The notes below the pieces were generated by a model. It searched no databases. It was not told the DNA's origin and saw only the letters and a program-made list of their open reading frames with translations. Made by a program: the position numbers and the translations under genes. From NCBI GenBank assembly GCA_046570105.1, contig JBKHVI010000009.1, positions 10,010 through 74,009 of the forward strand: a stretch of 64,000 bases of DNA. The letters are read 5' to 3'. The stretch comes from Bacteriovoracia bacterium. GTDB lineage: Bacteria > Bdellovibrionota > Bacteriovoracia > Bacteriovoracales > Bacteriovoracaceae. This document shows, piece after piece, positions 1 through 9,936 of this stretch; the stretch's first letter is position 1, and each line of letters opens with the position of its first letter.

Positions 1-92
1 TCTTGCAGACGTCCACGCGCTAATTCTTTGCCGTGACGATAAAGGGCCGCGTGAGCAGAAGAATTTCCAAAATCAAGAGTCAGTAGAATCAA
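1..92 (-). CDS. coaX: type III pantothenate kinase, 5' part (runs off window start)
   Basis: Not in the ORF track. A TTG start overlaps the panB TGA and is preceded by GGAG. It translates MILLTLDFGNSSAHAALY, matching the CoaX N-terminal hhhDxGN[ST] motif, and lies in a pan operon. Confidence 0.75.
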   Translation of the reverse strand, partial: MILLTLDFGNSSAHAALYRHGKELARGRLQ

Positions 93-844
93 GAGCGCTG
101 CTCCTTGAGATACTTATTAATAAGATCCAAGCGAGTTTGATAAAGATCGGCGATCGGTTTTACAAATTTAGGCGGAGTATGTTGACCCATTTTAAGTAAA
201 TCATTTGTGACGAGAACTTGGCCGCGCACTTTATCGCCTGAACCAATTCCGATGGTAGGAATTTCTAGGGCGCTGGTGATCTCGGCTGAAATTTCTGGCG
301 TGATACATTCCAGCACCAGACTAAAGCAGCCCGCATCTTGCAGGCGTAGGGCCTCTTCTTTTAATTCACGCGCGCGATCAGGAGTTTTTCCATGTGTGAA
401 GTAGCCGCCCATTTGATGTACTGATTGAGGAGTCAATCCAATGTGTCCCATCACCGCGACACCGACTTCAGTTAGGCGTTTGATGGTGGCAAGCTCAGTG
501 GCGTGAGCACCTTCTAACTTTACTGCTTCAGCATTGGTCGTTTGCATGAGTTTTGTGCCTGTGCGCAGACCCTGAGCGAGTGTCGTGTAAGAGCCAAAAG
601 GCATATCAATGATGAGGAATTTATCCGGTGCCCCTCTGCGAACGGCTTGACCAAAGAGACTCATCATTGAAGGAGTCACTGGTACGGTTGTATCAAGACC
701 TAGCACAACGTTTCCAAGCGAGTCGCCGACTAATAGCAGATCAATCTCGGTTTCATTAAGCAATTGAGCAGTTTGAAAATCATAACAGGTCAGCATCTGT
801 AGATTTTGACTTTTACGAATATCGCGAGTGGTGAGCTTTTTCAT
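89..844 (-). CDS. panB: 3-methyl-2-oxobutanoate hydroxymethyltransferase
   Basis: MLTCYD, LLVGDSLG, DMPFGSY, VKLEG, GHIGLTPQ and TIGIGSG motifs. Confidence 0.97.
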   Translation of the reverse strand: MKKLTTRDIRKSQNLQMLTCYDFQTAQLLNETEIDLLLVGDSLGNVVLGLDTTVPVTPSMMSLFGQAVRRGAPDKFLIIDMPFGSYTTLAQGLRTGTKLMQTTNAEAVKLEGAHATELATIKRLTEVGVAVMGHIGLTPQSVHQMGGYFTHGKTPDRARELKEEALRLQDAGCFSLVLECITPEISAEITSALEIPTIGIGSGDKVRGQVLVTNDLLKMGQHTPPKFVKPIADLYQTRLDLINKYLKEQRS

Positions 845-1809
845 TTTTGACCTTGTTGCATTTTTTCAATGGTCTGGCCGAAGGGATCCTTCTTCCAGCG
901 CTCGATAATATCATTGCGCATTTTTTCTACATCAACTTGAGTTGCTTCTCGGGCAAACTGACCGTTCTGAATATCAATGAGTAGACTTTGCATTTTTTTC
1001 TGAAAACTTTGATCACACAATAGAGCGCGGCCCTTTTCTGAACCAATCAGGGCGTTAGGACTAATCAAATGAAAAAAAGCTTCTGGTCCTTTATCCACCA
1101 TGGTGCGAACAATCAAACCGACTTCATGCCATAATTCAAAATAGGCGAGCTCTGCCGGAATACCTTTCTCTAAAAGCATATTGAATGACAGGCGACAGGC
1201 TTCAGGAATGACCGAACACAAGACAGCTTGTTCAGAAAATAAATCCGCTTCCATCTCTTGGCGCACACCCACAGAATAGGGACCCCAGGTAATACCTAAT
1301 GCGCGCGCTACTTTTAAGGTGAGTGCTTCAATGGATTTTTTTTCACTCTCAGCAACCAACTCAACTGAGTACACACCACCCAAGGCACGGCGATCAAGGT
1401 AAGTGGCGCGCACTTCTGTTCCAATCGCTTTTGGAGCAAGCAGCACATGATGAAATTGTGGAAATTTTTCGGCTAAGTTTTCTTCAATAGCGGCAAAGCC
1501 GTGCGCATAAAACAAAGTTGTACCCACCGGAATAAAAGCCGAGAGACTTGCCAGTGCGCCCGCGATTTCATGATCGGGAACCAAGAAAGCCATCGGCCTG
1601 CCAGAAAGAGGCGCCTGCCAATCGAGGAGTTTCAAGGGGGCCTGAATTTTTGCGCGTGAATTTGAATCAGGGCGCAACAGCACTGAGACCTTAAAGCCTG
1701 AGTCGGAGAGATTAGCGCACCAGGCCCTCGCCTGATTGCCGTATCCCACGATGGTTATGTCATTTTCAGCTATCAAAAAGGTCTCCTTTGGGGCACCTTT
1801 TCGTACCAT
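841..1809 (-). CDS. ilvC: ketol-acid reductoisomerase family protein (probably acting as ketopantoate reductase)
   Basis: IVGYGNQ Rossmann motif, AHGF, APK, DLFSEQAVLC and AYFELWHE motifs; overlaps the panB start. Confidence 0.88.
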   Translation of the reverse strand: MVRKGAPKETFLIAENDITIVGYGNQARAWCANLSDSGFKVSVLLRPDSNSRAKIQAPLKLLDWQAPLSGRPMAFLVPDHEIAGALASLSAFIPVGTTLFYAHGFAAIEENLAEKFPQFHHVLLAPKAIGTEVRATYLDRRALGGVYSVELVAESEKKSIEALTLKVARALGITWGPYSVGVRQEMEADLFSEQAVLCSVIPEACRLSFNMLLEKGIPAELAYFELWHEVGLIVRTMVDKGPEAFFHLISPNALIGSEKGRALLCDQSFQKKMQSLLIDIQNGQFAREATQVDVEKMRNDIIERWKKDPFGQTIEKMQQGQK

Positions 1810-2587
1810 GACCAGCGACTCTCGCCTAGCACAAGACCCATTCCGGCCACGCTCACGCGCCTTTCTTTTTGGTGAGTCGGTGTTTACTACCCTAAGAGTA
1901 GAAAACGGCGTGGTTTATTTTGCTGAAAGACACCTTCAACGCCTCAAGGAGTCCGCCGAATGGCTCTGGCCTGGCACAGTAGGTCAAATTGATGAGCTGT
2001 GGTCAAATTTAAAACCACCCGGAAAAAACGGTGTGTGGCGACTGACTTTGTTTGCCATGCAGATAGATAGGAAAATGCGCGTTGAAGAAATACCACATTT
2101 AGAAATTGATAGCAGTTGGAGTGAAGGCTTGCCGCAGGCAGGAAGTTTTTTAGCGAAAACAGTCAAAGCACCTGCTCGCGCTAAAGATTGGCCGCCATTT
2201 TTGAAAAGTGGCGATTATTTGTCGCGCTTAGTGGCCGCTCGTCATTTAGCAAAAAATGAAATTCCCTTGTATCTCGTTAATGATGAAGTGTGTGAGTTCC
2301 TCCATGCGAATCTTTTTTTATGGATTGATAATCAACTCTACACTCCGCCAACGGGGCCTGATGTTTTGGCCGGTTTGGGTCGAGAGCGATTAATGGAAGT
2401 GGCGACACAATTGGGAATACCCTGTGTTGAGAAAGTTCTTTTGTTGAATGATATAAAAGCAGCGCAATCAGTTTGGGCCATCAATGCGGTCCGCGGTATA
2501 GTTGAAGTGGAGGCCATTGACGCCAAGAAGGTCGAAGGCCATGCTTTAAAGGATTCACTCCAGCGAAATTTTTTTTCGAGGTCTTAA
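1808..2587 (+). CDS. class IV aminotransferase / aminodeoxychorismate lyase-like PLP enzyme
   Basis: [30 protein letters not shown] and INAVRG motifs; ATG at 1808 chosen over the upstream TTG. Confidence 0.8.
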   Translation: MTSDSRLAQDPFRPRSRAFLFGESVFTTLRVENGVVYFAERHLQRLKESAEWLWPGTVGQIDELWSNLKPPGKNGVWRLTLFAMQIDRKMRVEEIPHLEIDSSWSEGLPQAGSFLAKTVKAPARAKDWPPFLKSGDYLSRLVAARHLAKNEIPLYLVNDEVCEFLHANLFLWIDNQLYTPPTGPDVLAGLGRERLMEVATQLGIPCVEKVLLLNDIKAAQSVWAINAVRGIVEVEAIDAKKVEGHALKDSLQRNFFSRS

Positions 2588-2589
2588 GC

Positions 2590-2811
2590 GTGACTGATGT
2601 CAAAAAACCATTGAAAGTAAAATGTCCTAAGTGCAAAGAAGAATTTCTCTATTATTCTTCTGAGCATCGTCCATTTTGTTCGGAACGCTGTCGCATGGTT
2701 GATCTTGGCCATTGGCTAGAAGGAAGTTACGGAATTCCTGCCGAGAAAATTTCTGAAGAAGAAATGGAAGAGTTGATTCGCGTTGTGGAGACATCCGATG
2801 AAAAGCAGTGA
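2590..2811 (+). CDS. yacG: DNA gyrase inhibitor YacG
   Basis: CPKC...[16 protein letters not shown] zinc-finger signature. Confidence 0.93.
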   Translation: MTDVKKPLKVKCPKCKEEFLYYSSEHRPFCSERCRMVDLGHWLEGSYGIPAEKISEEEMEELIRVVETSDEKQ

Positions 2812-3631
2812 GAGAGCAGCCGCTTTAAAATTCACGCTCAAGCTGGCCGATGAGGCCGGTAAAACGCTCTTGGGTTATTCACAAAAACTATTTCATAAAC
2901 CTTTGAAGCTAATTCATAAAGGCGCGCAAGGTTTGGCGTCGGAAGCTGATTTGAAATCAGAAGAACTTGTCATGCGTCGGATTGCTAAGAAGTATCCCAA
3001 GCATCGCATCCTTTCTGAAGAAGATAGCTTCACCAAAAAATTAAAGATTGAGGGCCCGGGTGATGACAAAGAGCTTACGTGGCTGATTGATCCTTTGGAT
3101 GGCACTAATAATTTTTTAAATGGATTACCGTTCTTTGCAGTCAGTCTCGCGCTGGTCGAAGGCCATGAGGTGCAAGTGGGTGTGGTTCACAATCCCATGC
3201 TGGGTGAAACTTTTTATGCCACCAAGAACGGCGGAGCTTATTTACGTCGTCGCTTTGGAAATCGTTATCTGACAAAAAAACTCCAAGCCTCGAAGGTTTC
3301 ACAACCTTTGAAAGACGCCTTGATATCTACCAACCTAGGATCAAGTCGCCACAATGCAGATCTCATTCGTAAATTTCCTGAAGTGCGTGCCTTTCGCCGT
3401 TTGGGTTCAGCCGCACTTGAACTCTCATATGTGGCCGCTGGTGTGCTTGATGTTTATTGGGAGTACCGTTTGCAGCCTTGGGATATCGCCGCGGGCGGTT
3501 TGATTTGCCAAGAAGCAGGAGTACCAATCTCTGATTTGCACGGTCAAGATTTTCATCCTTACACACCATCAGTTTTGGCGGCTCGCTCGCCACTTTATGA
3601 CGATCTCCTACAGATTTTGTCGGAGAAATAA
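2798..3631 (+). CDS. suhB: inositol monophosphatase family protein
   Basis: [25 protein letters not shown] and WDIAAG motifs; ATG at 2798 follows GGAG. Confidence 0.9.
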   Translation: MKSSERAAALKFTLKLADEAGKTLLGYSQKLFHKPLKLIHKGAQGLASEADLKSEELVMRRIAKKYPKHRILSEEDSFTKKLKIEGPGDDKELTWLIDPLDGTNNFLNGLPFFAVSLALVEGHEVQVGVVHNPMLGETFYATKNGGAYLRRRFGNRYLTKKLQASKVSQPLKDALISTNLGSSRHNADLIRKFPEVRAFRRLGSAALELSYVAAGVLDVYWEYRLQPWDIAAGGLICQEAGVPISDLHGQDFHPYTPSVLAARSPLYDDLLQILSEK

Positions 3632-3653
3632 ATTTCCTAGAGTTTACGCTTAT

Positions 3654-3684
3654 TTGACAATGGTCGGCATAGGCTTGGTATAAT
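3654..3684 (+). promoter_or_regulatory. sigma70-type promoter (TTGACA-N19-TATAAT, with extended -10 TGn)
   Basis: TTGACA at 3654; TGG-TATAAT at 3676-3684, upstream of the 3741 CDS. Confidence 0.6.
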
Positions 3685-3740
3685 CTTTCCATGAGTTTAG
3701 CTCCCAATGACGGAGCGTTATTTTGTGCCAAGGATGGGCC

Positions 3741-4799
3741 ATGCTTGAATCGTTAATTACGACGCTCGATAAATTTACGCCAGAGATTCTGGTGATTCTT
3801 TCGGGCCTCCTAGTTATTACCACCACACTTTTTTTGTGGTTATGGTTTGCTAATCGCCGTACTTACAATTTACTCAAGCATCAACTGCCAGCTTCGGTGG
3901 TTAAAACTTATTTAGATTCAGTTATTCAAAACTCAAACTCGCTTAAGTCAGCTCTCTTCCGTGGTAACGATGGAGATGTCTCATTTTCGTCTATGCCGTC
4001 GAGCATGCCGCTCGTTGGTGGAGGGGAGAGTCTGGCGATTGCTAGTTCTGGCAATTCATCGGGTCAAGAAGCCGCTCTTCGTGAACAGCTTCAGCAAAAA
4101 CTTGCTGAGTTGGCCGCACTTCAGTCACAGCTCGCCGCTGCTAACAGTATAAAAAAAGAACTAGAGTCAGGACTCGCTGGTGCACAAGCTCGTATCAAAG
4201 AGTTGGAAGCACTCTTGGCGCAATCTGGAAAAGCAGTTCCTGCAGCCAGTGGTAACGATGCTGCTATCAAAGCTGAATTACAAAAAATCACTAAAGAGCG
4301 TGATGAACTTCGTGACCGTTTGAAAGAATACGAAATCATCGAAGACGATCTTGCAAACCTCAAACGTTTGCAGCAAGAAAATCAACAACTGAAACGTGCT
4401 CTGGGACAAGATCCTACTGACTCATCACCAGCGGCAGCAGCTCCAGTAGCTCCAGTAGCAGCACCACCCAAAGTGGCCAGTCCTAAAGGACAAGATCCAT
4501 TGGCAGGAGCGGCTGATTTGTTTGATGAAGTTCCTGTAGAAGATGCACCCACACCAGAGAGTGAAGTTGCGGAAGAAGCTGTTGAAGCAGCTGCTCCCGA
4601 AGAAGTGGCGGCCAGTTCAGAAGAAAGTACCACTGCTGAGCTCGAAGAGTTTTTAACGGGCGGAAGTGAAGCTGAAGCTCCGAAAGAAGTGGCGATGGGT
4701 GGTAGTGAGAAAGATGCTCCTGCTCCTAAGGCTGAGCCGACTGGAAATGAAAAAACACCTGAGGATCTTCTCAGTGAATTTGAAAAAATGTTGGGGTAA
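3741..4799 (+). CDS. membrane-anchored coiled-coil protein with acidic Pro/Ala-rich tail
   Basis: One N-terminal TM segment, long heptad region, low-complexity acidic linker, C-terminal EDLLSEFEKMLG. Confidence 0.8.
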   Translation: MLESLITTLDKFTPEILVILSGLLVITTTLFLWLWFANRRTYNLLKHQLPASVVKTYLDSVIQNSNSLKSALFRGNDGDVSFSSMPSSMPLVGGGESLAIASSGNSSGQEAALREQLQQKLAELAALQSQLAAANSIKKELESGLAGAQARIKELEALLAQSGKAVPAASGNDAAIKAELQKITKERDELRDRLKEYEIIEDDLANLKRLQQENQQLKRALGQDPTDSSPAAAAPVAPVAAPPKVASPKGQDPLAGAADLFDEVPVEDAPTPESEVAEEAVEAAAPEEVAASSEESTTAELEEFLTGGSEAEAPKEVAMGGSEKDAPAPKAEPTGNEKTPEDLLSEFEKMLG

Positions 4800-4804
4800 G
4801 ACAC

Positions 4805-5542
4805 ATGAAATTCATCCTGCTTTCTCTTGTTCTCACCACTTCAGTCTGGGCCGCTATCCCCGCTCAGAAATCCTCTCCTCTAAATGAAGTGCAACGTGCT
4901 GATCGCTTTGAAGAAGCCTTCAAAAATCCAACCATTGAAACTCAACGCCTTAAGATGATGGCGTTTTCATTGAAACAGAAATCAGTTCCAACTCTCATTA
5001 AAGTCATGAAAGACGGCAGCTTCCCAGAAAAAAATCGCTGGCAGGCCACCATGCTCTTAGGCCAAGTGATGGGTAAAAAAAGTGCGCCTTTCATTGCTAA
5101 ATTCGCCGATCATCCAGCGTGGATGATGCGTGTGGCGAGTCTCAAGGCACTCGCGGCACTTAACATGAAAGAATACCAAGCGGTTTATGCACGCGCTTTG
5201 AAGGATTCTTCTCTCATCGTTCGCGTGCAAGCGTTAGATAATATTTCGCACATGAAGATCAATGCTCTTGCTCCGAATGTTTGGAACATGATGTATGACC
5301 AAACCAACTACACTGGCAACGCTGGCAAACGTAAGCGCACTTCAATTGTTCGCTCAATCATTCGCACGCTAGGTGAGTTGAAGCACGCGCCGGCCAAGAA
5401 AGCTCTCGCTAAACTTATTCAGAAACCTAAGTATCAGGATCTCGCGCCTGATTTGAATTACTCACTCGAGCACATCACTGGCACGAAAGCTCCAGCGGCT
5501 ACCATCGTGGCGCAACGGGCGCATTGGTCGAAGAGTATTTAA
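4805..5542 (+). CDS. secreted HEAT-repeat protein
   Basis: Signal peptide (..SVWA); HEAT-like repeats WMMRVASLKALA and LIVRVQALDNI. Confidence 0.75.
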   Translation: MKFILLSLVLTTSVWAAIPAQKSSPLNEVQRADRFEEAFKNPTIETQRLKMMAFSLKQKSVPTLIKVMKDGSFPEKNRWQATMLLGQVMGKKSAPFIAKFADHPAWMMRVASLKALAALNMKEYQAVYARALKDSSLIVRVQALDNISHMKINALAPNVWNMMYDQTNYTGNAGKRKRTSIVRSIIRTLGELKHAPAKKALAKLIQKPKYQDLAPDLNYSLEHITGTKAPAATIVAQRAHWSKSI

Positions 5543-5546
5543 AGAA

Positions 5547-5595
5547 TTCAATTTTAACAGTATTAAACTGCGCCAGAATGAGACGGGCGAATTGA
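5547..5595 (+). repeat. internally deleted copy of the dispersed ~160-bp structured element
   Basis: TGCGCCAGAATGAGACGGGCGAATT (5569-5593) matches the 3' end of the reverse complement of element 51679-51839; degenerate left arm TTCAATTTTAACAGT. Confidence 0.7.
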
Positions 5596-5627
5596 GTTTA
5601 AATTGAAAAATTGGATACGTTTGAGAA

Positions 5628-6146
5628 TTAGAAACTCTCGAGCTGTTCTTTTTCGCGCGCTTTATCGATTTCTTTGAGCTTGTTATCAGTCTCAATTAAG
5701 CGACCGATGCGATAGAGGAGCGTCTGCTCTTGGGTGCCGTCGGTGGTGATCTCTTTCCAGCCTTGCAAGAAGTCTTGCTCTACCAACTGACGTTTGTAGA
5801 TGGTGACTTTGGAAACCTCAGAGGACGAGCGATAGCCTTTCACCACATTCACAACTAATTTGAAGCGCGCTGCTTTCACAGCGTCATTGGAGCCGAAGGA
5901 GTCAGTGAAATTGACTTCCATCGTATTATCCATCCAGCGCGTCTTAATATAGCCCGCTTCCTGGTTTTGCTGAGCAATGTCGTACTTCTTCATAACTTGG
6001 ATAACGGCCTGCCAAGTCTGGTTGAAGTCAGCTTTAAAGATCTTTGAAGGCATCTCGAGCTCTTCCGTGACTTGACGGAATTTTTCGTAAGAGGCGCAAC
6101 CTGTGATCGCCAAAAGCAATAGGATTTTGGTAAGTAGGGAAGACAT
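5628..6146 (-). CDS. lipoprotein (possibly BamC/NlpB-like fold)
   Basis: Lipobox ITGC; the QTWQAV..GYIKTRW pattern is reminiscent of BamC-like domains. Confidence 0.7.
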   Translation of the reverse strand: MSSLLTKILLLLAITGCASYEKFRQVTEELEMPSKIFKADFNQTWQAVIQVMKKYDIAQQNQEAGYIKTRWMDNTMEVNFTDSFGSNDAVKAARFKLVVNVVKGYRSSSEVSKVTIYKRQLVEQDFLQGWKEITTDGTQEQTLLYRIGRLIETDNKLKEIDKAREKEQLESF

Positions 6147-6182
6147 GGTTTAATAATAGCAGGAAACCGCCGCGAGGACACT

Positions 6183-7172
6183 ATGGACCATCTTTCACTT
6201 TTCAAGAATGTTTTAAGCCTGGAAGCCCAGGCGCTGAAGCTTGCTGAAAGTCGCCTGACTGCCCCGACGGTGGAATCATGTGTGCGCTTGTTTGAGTGGT
6301 TGACCCAAACTGGCGGTAACTTAGTTGTTACGGGTGTGGGTAAATCGGGGCACGTCGGGACCAAAATCGCGGCCACCTTTTCATCACTGGGGCTGCCGAG
6401 TTTTTTTCTTCATCCCACCGAAGCCATGCATGGTGATCTTGGCCGAGTAACAAAATCTGATGTCATGTTGCTTTTAAGTAAATCAGGAACGACAGAAGAA
6501 ATATTAGAGCTACTTCCATATTTGCAACTTCCACAAGAGCGCTTGATTGCCCTCGTCGGCAACGTGAAATCACCGATTGCTGAGAAGTGTGGAGTGGTGC
6601 TGGATTGCTCGGTAGAAAAAGAAGCGTGCTTGAATGACTTGGCCCCCACCACGAGTACAACAGTAACAATGGCGATGGGTGATGCCTTGGCGGTTTTATT
6701 TGAAGCCGTTAAAGGTGTTTCAAAAGAACAGTTTGCTCTTAACCATCCTGCCGGCCTCTTAGGTAAATCACTTTCTCTCACTATTGAAAAAGTGATGGTA
6801 AAGCCAGATCAGTGTCCACAAGTTCTGCCAAGCTCAACTCTACAAGATGCGCTTTTAGCGATGACCAAATTTCCAGTAGGTCTCTTGGCGATTACTCAAA
6901 GTGGAAAGCTTTTGGGAATCTTAGTAGAAGGTGATGTACGCCGGGCCTTGATGAAAGATCCTCAAGCGCTCTCGAAAGATGTCTCGCTCTTTATGAACAA
7001 ATCTCCACTCACCATTGCTCCTGGTTTATTGGCCTTTGAGGCGTTGCAAACCATGGAGAAGCGCGAGCGTCCGGTTTCGGTATTACCAGTGGTAGAAAAT
7101 GGTGAACTTAAAGGCGTCGTAAGGTTGCATGACCTTTTGAAGGCCGGATTTTCAACCACCACGACAAAATAA
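6183..7172 (+). CDS. kdsD: arabinose-5-phosphate isomerase (KpsF/GutQ family; SIS plus CBS domains)
   Basis: VTGVGKSGH, HPTEAMHGDLG, LAPTTST and HPAGLLG motifs; C-terminal CBS pair. Confidence 0.93.
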   Translation: MDHLSLFKNVLSLEAQALKLAESRLTAPTVESCVRLFEWLTQTGGNLVVTGVGKSGHVGTKIAATFSSLGLPSFFLHPTEAMHGDLGRVTKSDVMLLLSKSGTTEEILELLPYLQLPQERLIALVGNVKSPIAEKCGVVLDCSVEKEACLNDLAPTTSTTVTMAMGDALAVLFEAVKGVSKEQFALNHPAGLLGKSLSLTIEKVMVKPDQCPQVLPSSTLQDALLAMTKFPVGLLAITQSGKLLGILVEGDVRRALMKDPQALSKDVSLFMNKSPLTIAPGLLAFEALQTMEKRERPVSVLPVVENGELKGVVRLHDLLKAGFSTTTTK

Positions 7173-8709
7173 ACGCCACTGCTAAGAGTCCCCAAAGGCC
7201 TAAGAGCGGCAACATACCAAAGCGCTGATAAATAGTGTGGTCGGCTTTGAGTGGAAGCTCGAGATTAAAATCCAAAACATCTTGCTCACCGGTAAGAAGT
7301 TGTCTTCCCACGCGTCCATCAGGATAAATCACTGTCGTAATACCCGTATTCGTTGAGCGCACGATCGGACGTCTGAACTCAAGTGCGCGCCATTTCGCTA
7401 AAAATAGATGTTGGCGTGGTTCAGCGGTTTTGCCATACCAAGAGTCATTGGTGAGGTTGACAATAAAATCTGGTAGCACCGGCGCTTCATTTAATAGTTT
7501 AGCAACAAAAGGCGACTGTAAAATTTCATAACAAATCGGTGTGGTAAAACTCGCACCTGACTTAGTGATAAATGTAGGCGTGGCTTTCCCTGCGGCAAAA
7601 AATGAAACGGCGGGAAGCATTTTCGAAAGTGTCCGATTCATGGGACCAAAGGGCATGGTCTCGCCGAAAGGGATGAGAATATGCTTGCGATAAACTTCTT
7701 TCAGTTCACCCTGACTGCCAAATAAAAAAGCGGCATTGTATTCTGTTTCAAAATGATCGCCCCAGGGATTGCGCTCATCGTGATCGTATCCACCAATCAG
7801 AATTTCTGCTCCTGTGCGGGCGATAAGATCTCTAAAAATTGTTGGCGGCGTATCCACTCCAGCTTTGATTTGCGGAGTAGACATGGAAAAAGGATAAGCT
7901 GTTTCTGGCCAGATAATGAGATCTAGATTCTGTGGTTCTTCTTTAAGAGTGAGACGCTGATAGCGTGTCACCACATCTTCCACAGCGCCATCGTCACCAT
8001 TCTCAGATTGGATTTTAAGAAAATTTCCAACGTTGGCCTGCACCACGCGTATGTTGAGGGATTTTTTCTCAGGAGTAATTTGCCAGGCAGGAAGAATAAA
8101 ATGAATTCCTGCAAATACCAAGGCAGCAACAAGGGCACTTTTAGCGGGCGGATGACGTTGCAACAACGGTGCAAGTCCCAAAACAAACCACCACGTAAAA
8201 AACGAATAAAGTGCCACACCACCTACTGAAGCGAGAGTGAGCCACTCTGAAAAATGCATCCATAAATGCCCCGCATAGACCGGAAATTGCTGAGGCAGAA
8301 TGACTTCGACTGCTGTTAGGAAGACCGCTCCAAAGAAAGCATGCATGCCTTTCGTCCAGTCCAACACTCCCGGCAGACGGTTGCGATAGGAAAGCCATAC
8401 GAGCCAGCCCCACCAAGCAGGATTGAGCACAGGAGCTAAAAAAAGTGAAACTAAGTGCGAAGCACCAGGAGGAAGCCCGCCGAATTCTTCCAGCGTTCCA
8501 GGCACCCAGTAGAAACCGATGAGATTAAAGCCCGTTTGATGAAGGAGCACCGCCAGAACACGTGAGCGCGTCTTAGTGAGGCGCTCTAGTACCATCACCA
8601 TCGTCATGAGGGCGATGGGTGATAAAAAGAAAAAACCTTCATTAAGAAAGTTGGGCCAAGCAAAAGCATAAAGCCCTCCAGAGAGGAGGGCGATTAAGTG
8701 AATAAGCAT
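7108..8709 (-). CDS. lnt: apolipoprotein N-acyltransferase
   Basis: Multi-TM N-terminus; VQAN, IIWPETA, YRKHILIPFGE, ICYE, TNDSWY and RSTNTG motifs. Confidence 0.95.
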   Translation of the reverse strand: MLIHLIALLSGGLYAFAWPNFLNEGFFFLSPIALMTMVMVLERLTKTRSRVLAVLLHQTGFNLIGFYWVPGTLEEFGGLPPGASHLVSLFLAPVLNPAWWGWLVWLSYRNRLPGVLDWTKGMHAFFGAVFLTAVEVILPQQFPVYAGHLWMHFSEWLTLASVGGVALYSFFTWWFVLGLAPLLQRHPPAKSALVAALVFAGIHFILPAWQITPEKKSLNIRVVQANVGNFLKIQSENGDDGAVEDVVTRYQRLTLKEEPQNLDLIIWPETAYPFSMSTPQIKAGVDTPPTIFRDLIARTGAEILIGGYDHDERNPWGDHFETEYNAAFLFGSQGELKEVYRKHILIPFGETMPFGPMNRTLSKMLPAVSFFAAGKATPTFITKSGASFTTPICYEILQSPFVAKLLNEAPVLPDFIVNLTNDSWYGKTAEPRQHLFLAKWRALEFRRPIVRSTNTGITTVIYPDGRVGRQLLTGEQDVLDFNLELPLKADHTIYQRFGMLPLLGLWGLLAVAFILSWWLKIRPSKGHATLRRL

Positions 8710-8727
8710 GGGAAAAGTGTAAACGGA

Positions 8728-9804
8728 TTACTGAGCTTTGGCGAGTTTGCGACCTTCACCCAAGCGCTGCTCAACAGCATCGGCCATTTCTACAGCGCGA
8801 GCAGCATCAAGCTTGCCAGCACCGAGGATTTTGCCTTCAAAGTTCTTCACTTTTACAGAAGAGCTCAAGATAACGTTACGAACTTGTTCGTAGTTAAATT
8901 TTGTGTGCTTGGCCTTAATCAAAGCGACAACTCCAGAAACAAACGCCGTGGCTTGGCTCGTACCAGTCATATAACCCGCGCCGCCTTGTGGGATTGCGCT
9001 TTTGATACGGTGACCTGGAGCTGCGATATCAACAGAGTTCTTACCAAAGTTTGAGCTAGCGATGATTTGCATTTCTTCATCGTGAGCACCCACTGTGATG
9101 ATGTTCGAGAGACCGTAGCTAGCTGGGTAGTAAGCATTTTTCTTGTCATCGATGTTGCTGCGCTCGTTACCAGCAGCGGCTACGACGATGATACCTTTTT
9201 TCTCGGCTGCTTTAAGAACACGAAGTTCCTCAACAGATGGCTCAGGACCGCCGCCAGAGTAGTTGATAACATCAACATTCATACGAACAGCGTACTCAAG
9301 AGCTTTAATAGTGCTTTCAAGGTTCTGTTGACCAGAAGCTTGAGGATTGTAGTATTTCAACGCCAAGATTTTAACATCTGGGAAAACACTCTTAATGATA
9401 CCGGCAACGTGAGTGCCGTGACCGTGATTATCAACCGGAGCGTTCGTAACTGACTTACCAGAGAAATCTACGCCGTAGTTTGAAGCGCTCTTTTGACCAG
9501 AAACAGTGTGGATATTTCCTGCCAAGAAAGGGTGATCGTGTTGGATACCAGTATCGATAACAGCAACAACGATATCGCGGTTTTTCTTGAACTTCTTCCA
9601 AGAGTCTTTAACGTTAATTGAAGTGAGTGTCTTATAAGGATCAACACCCCAAGAAGCAAAGCGTGACTCAAGCAATGAAAGTGGGTAAGCCAGAGGAGCT
9701 TCAACGATCTTCGTTTGAGCCGCTTTTGGAGCAGCCGCATACCCTGGGTTCAACATAACCAGAGTTAGAAGGAGGCTGAGCATCTTTGAGGTAATCGCCT
9801 TCAT
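8728..9804 (-). CDS. secreted S8 (subtilisin-like) serine peptidase
   Basis: Signal peptide; catalytic triad in VAVIDTG, HGHGTHVAG and GTSQA; AAAGN. Confidence 0.93.
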   Translation of the reverse strand: MKAITSKMLSLLLTLVMLNPGYAAAPKAAQTKIVEAPLAYPLSLLESRFASWGVDPYKTLTSINVKDSWKKFKKNRDIVVAVIDTGIQHDHPFLAGNIHTVSGQKSASNYGVDFSGKSVTNAPVDNHGHGTHVAGIIKSVFPDVKILALKYYNPQASGQQNLESTIKALEYAVRMNVDVINYSGGGPEPSVEELRVLKAAEKKGIIVVAAAGNERSNIDDKKNAYYPASYGLSNIITVGAHDEEMQIIASSNFGKNSVDIAAPGHRIKSAIPQGGAGYMTGTSQATAFVSGVVALIKAKHTKFNYEQVRNVILSSSVKVKNFEGKILGAGKLDAARAVEMADAVEQRLGEGRKLAKAQ

Positions 9805-9870
9805 GCACTTATCCCTTTTCGCATACGTATCACAGGAACGGGCTTCGTCCTGCCTAGTTGGTAATTAATA

Positions 9871-9886
9871 AGCAATAGGGCCGCCA
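9871..9886 (-). promoter_or_regulatory. sigma54 (-24/-12) promoter of the S8 peptidase
   Basis: The minus strand reads TGGCGGCCCTATTGCT, i.e. TGGC-N7-TTGCT. Confidence 0.7.
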
Positions 9887-9936
9887 AAAAGACCTTAGGG
9901 GTATCAAGGGGTTAGGGGGTCTTTTGAGGGTTCTAA

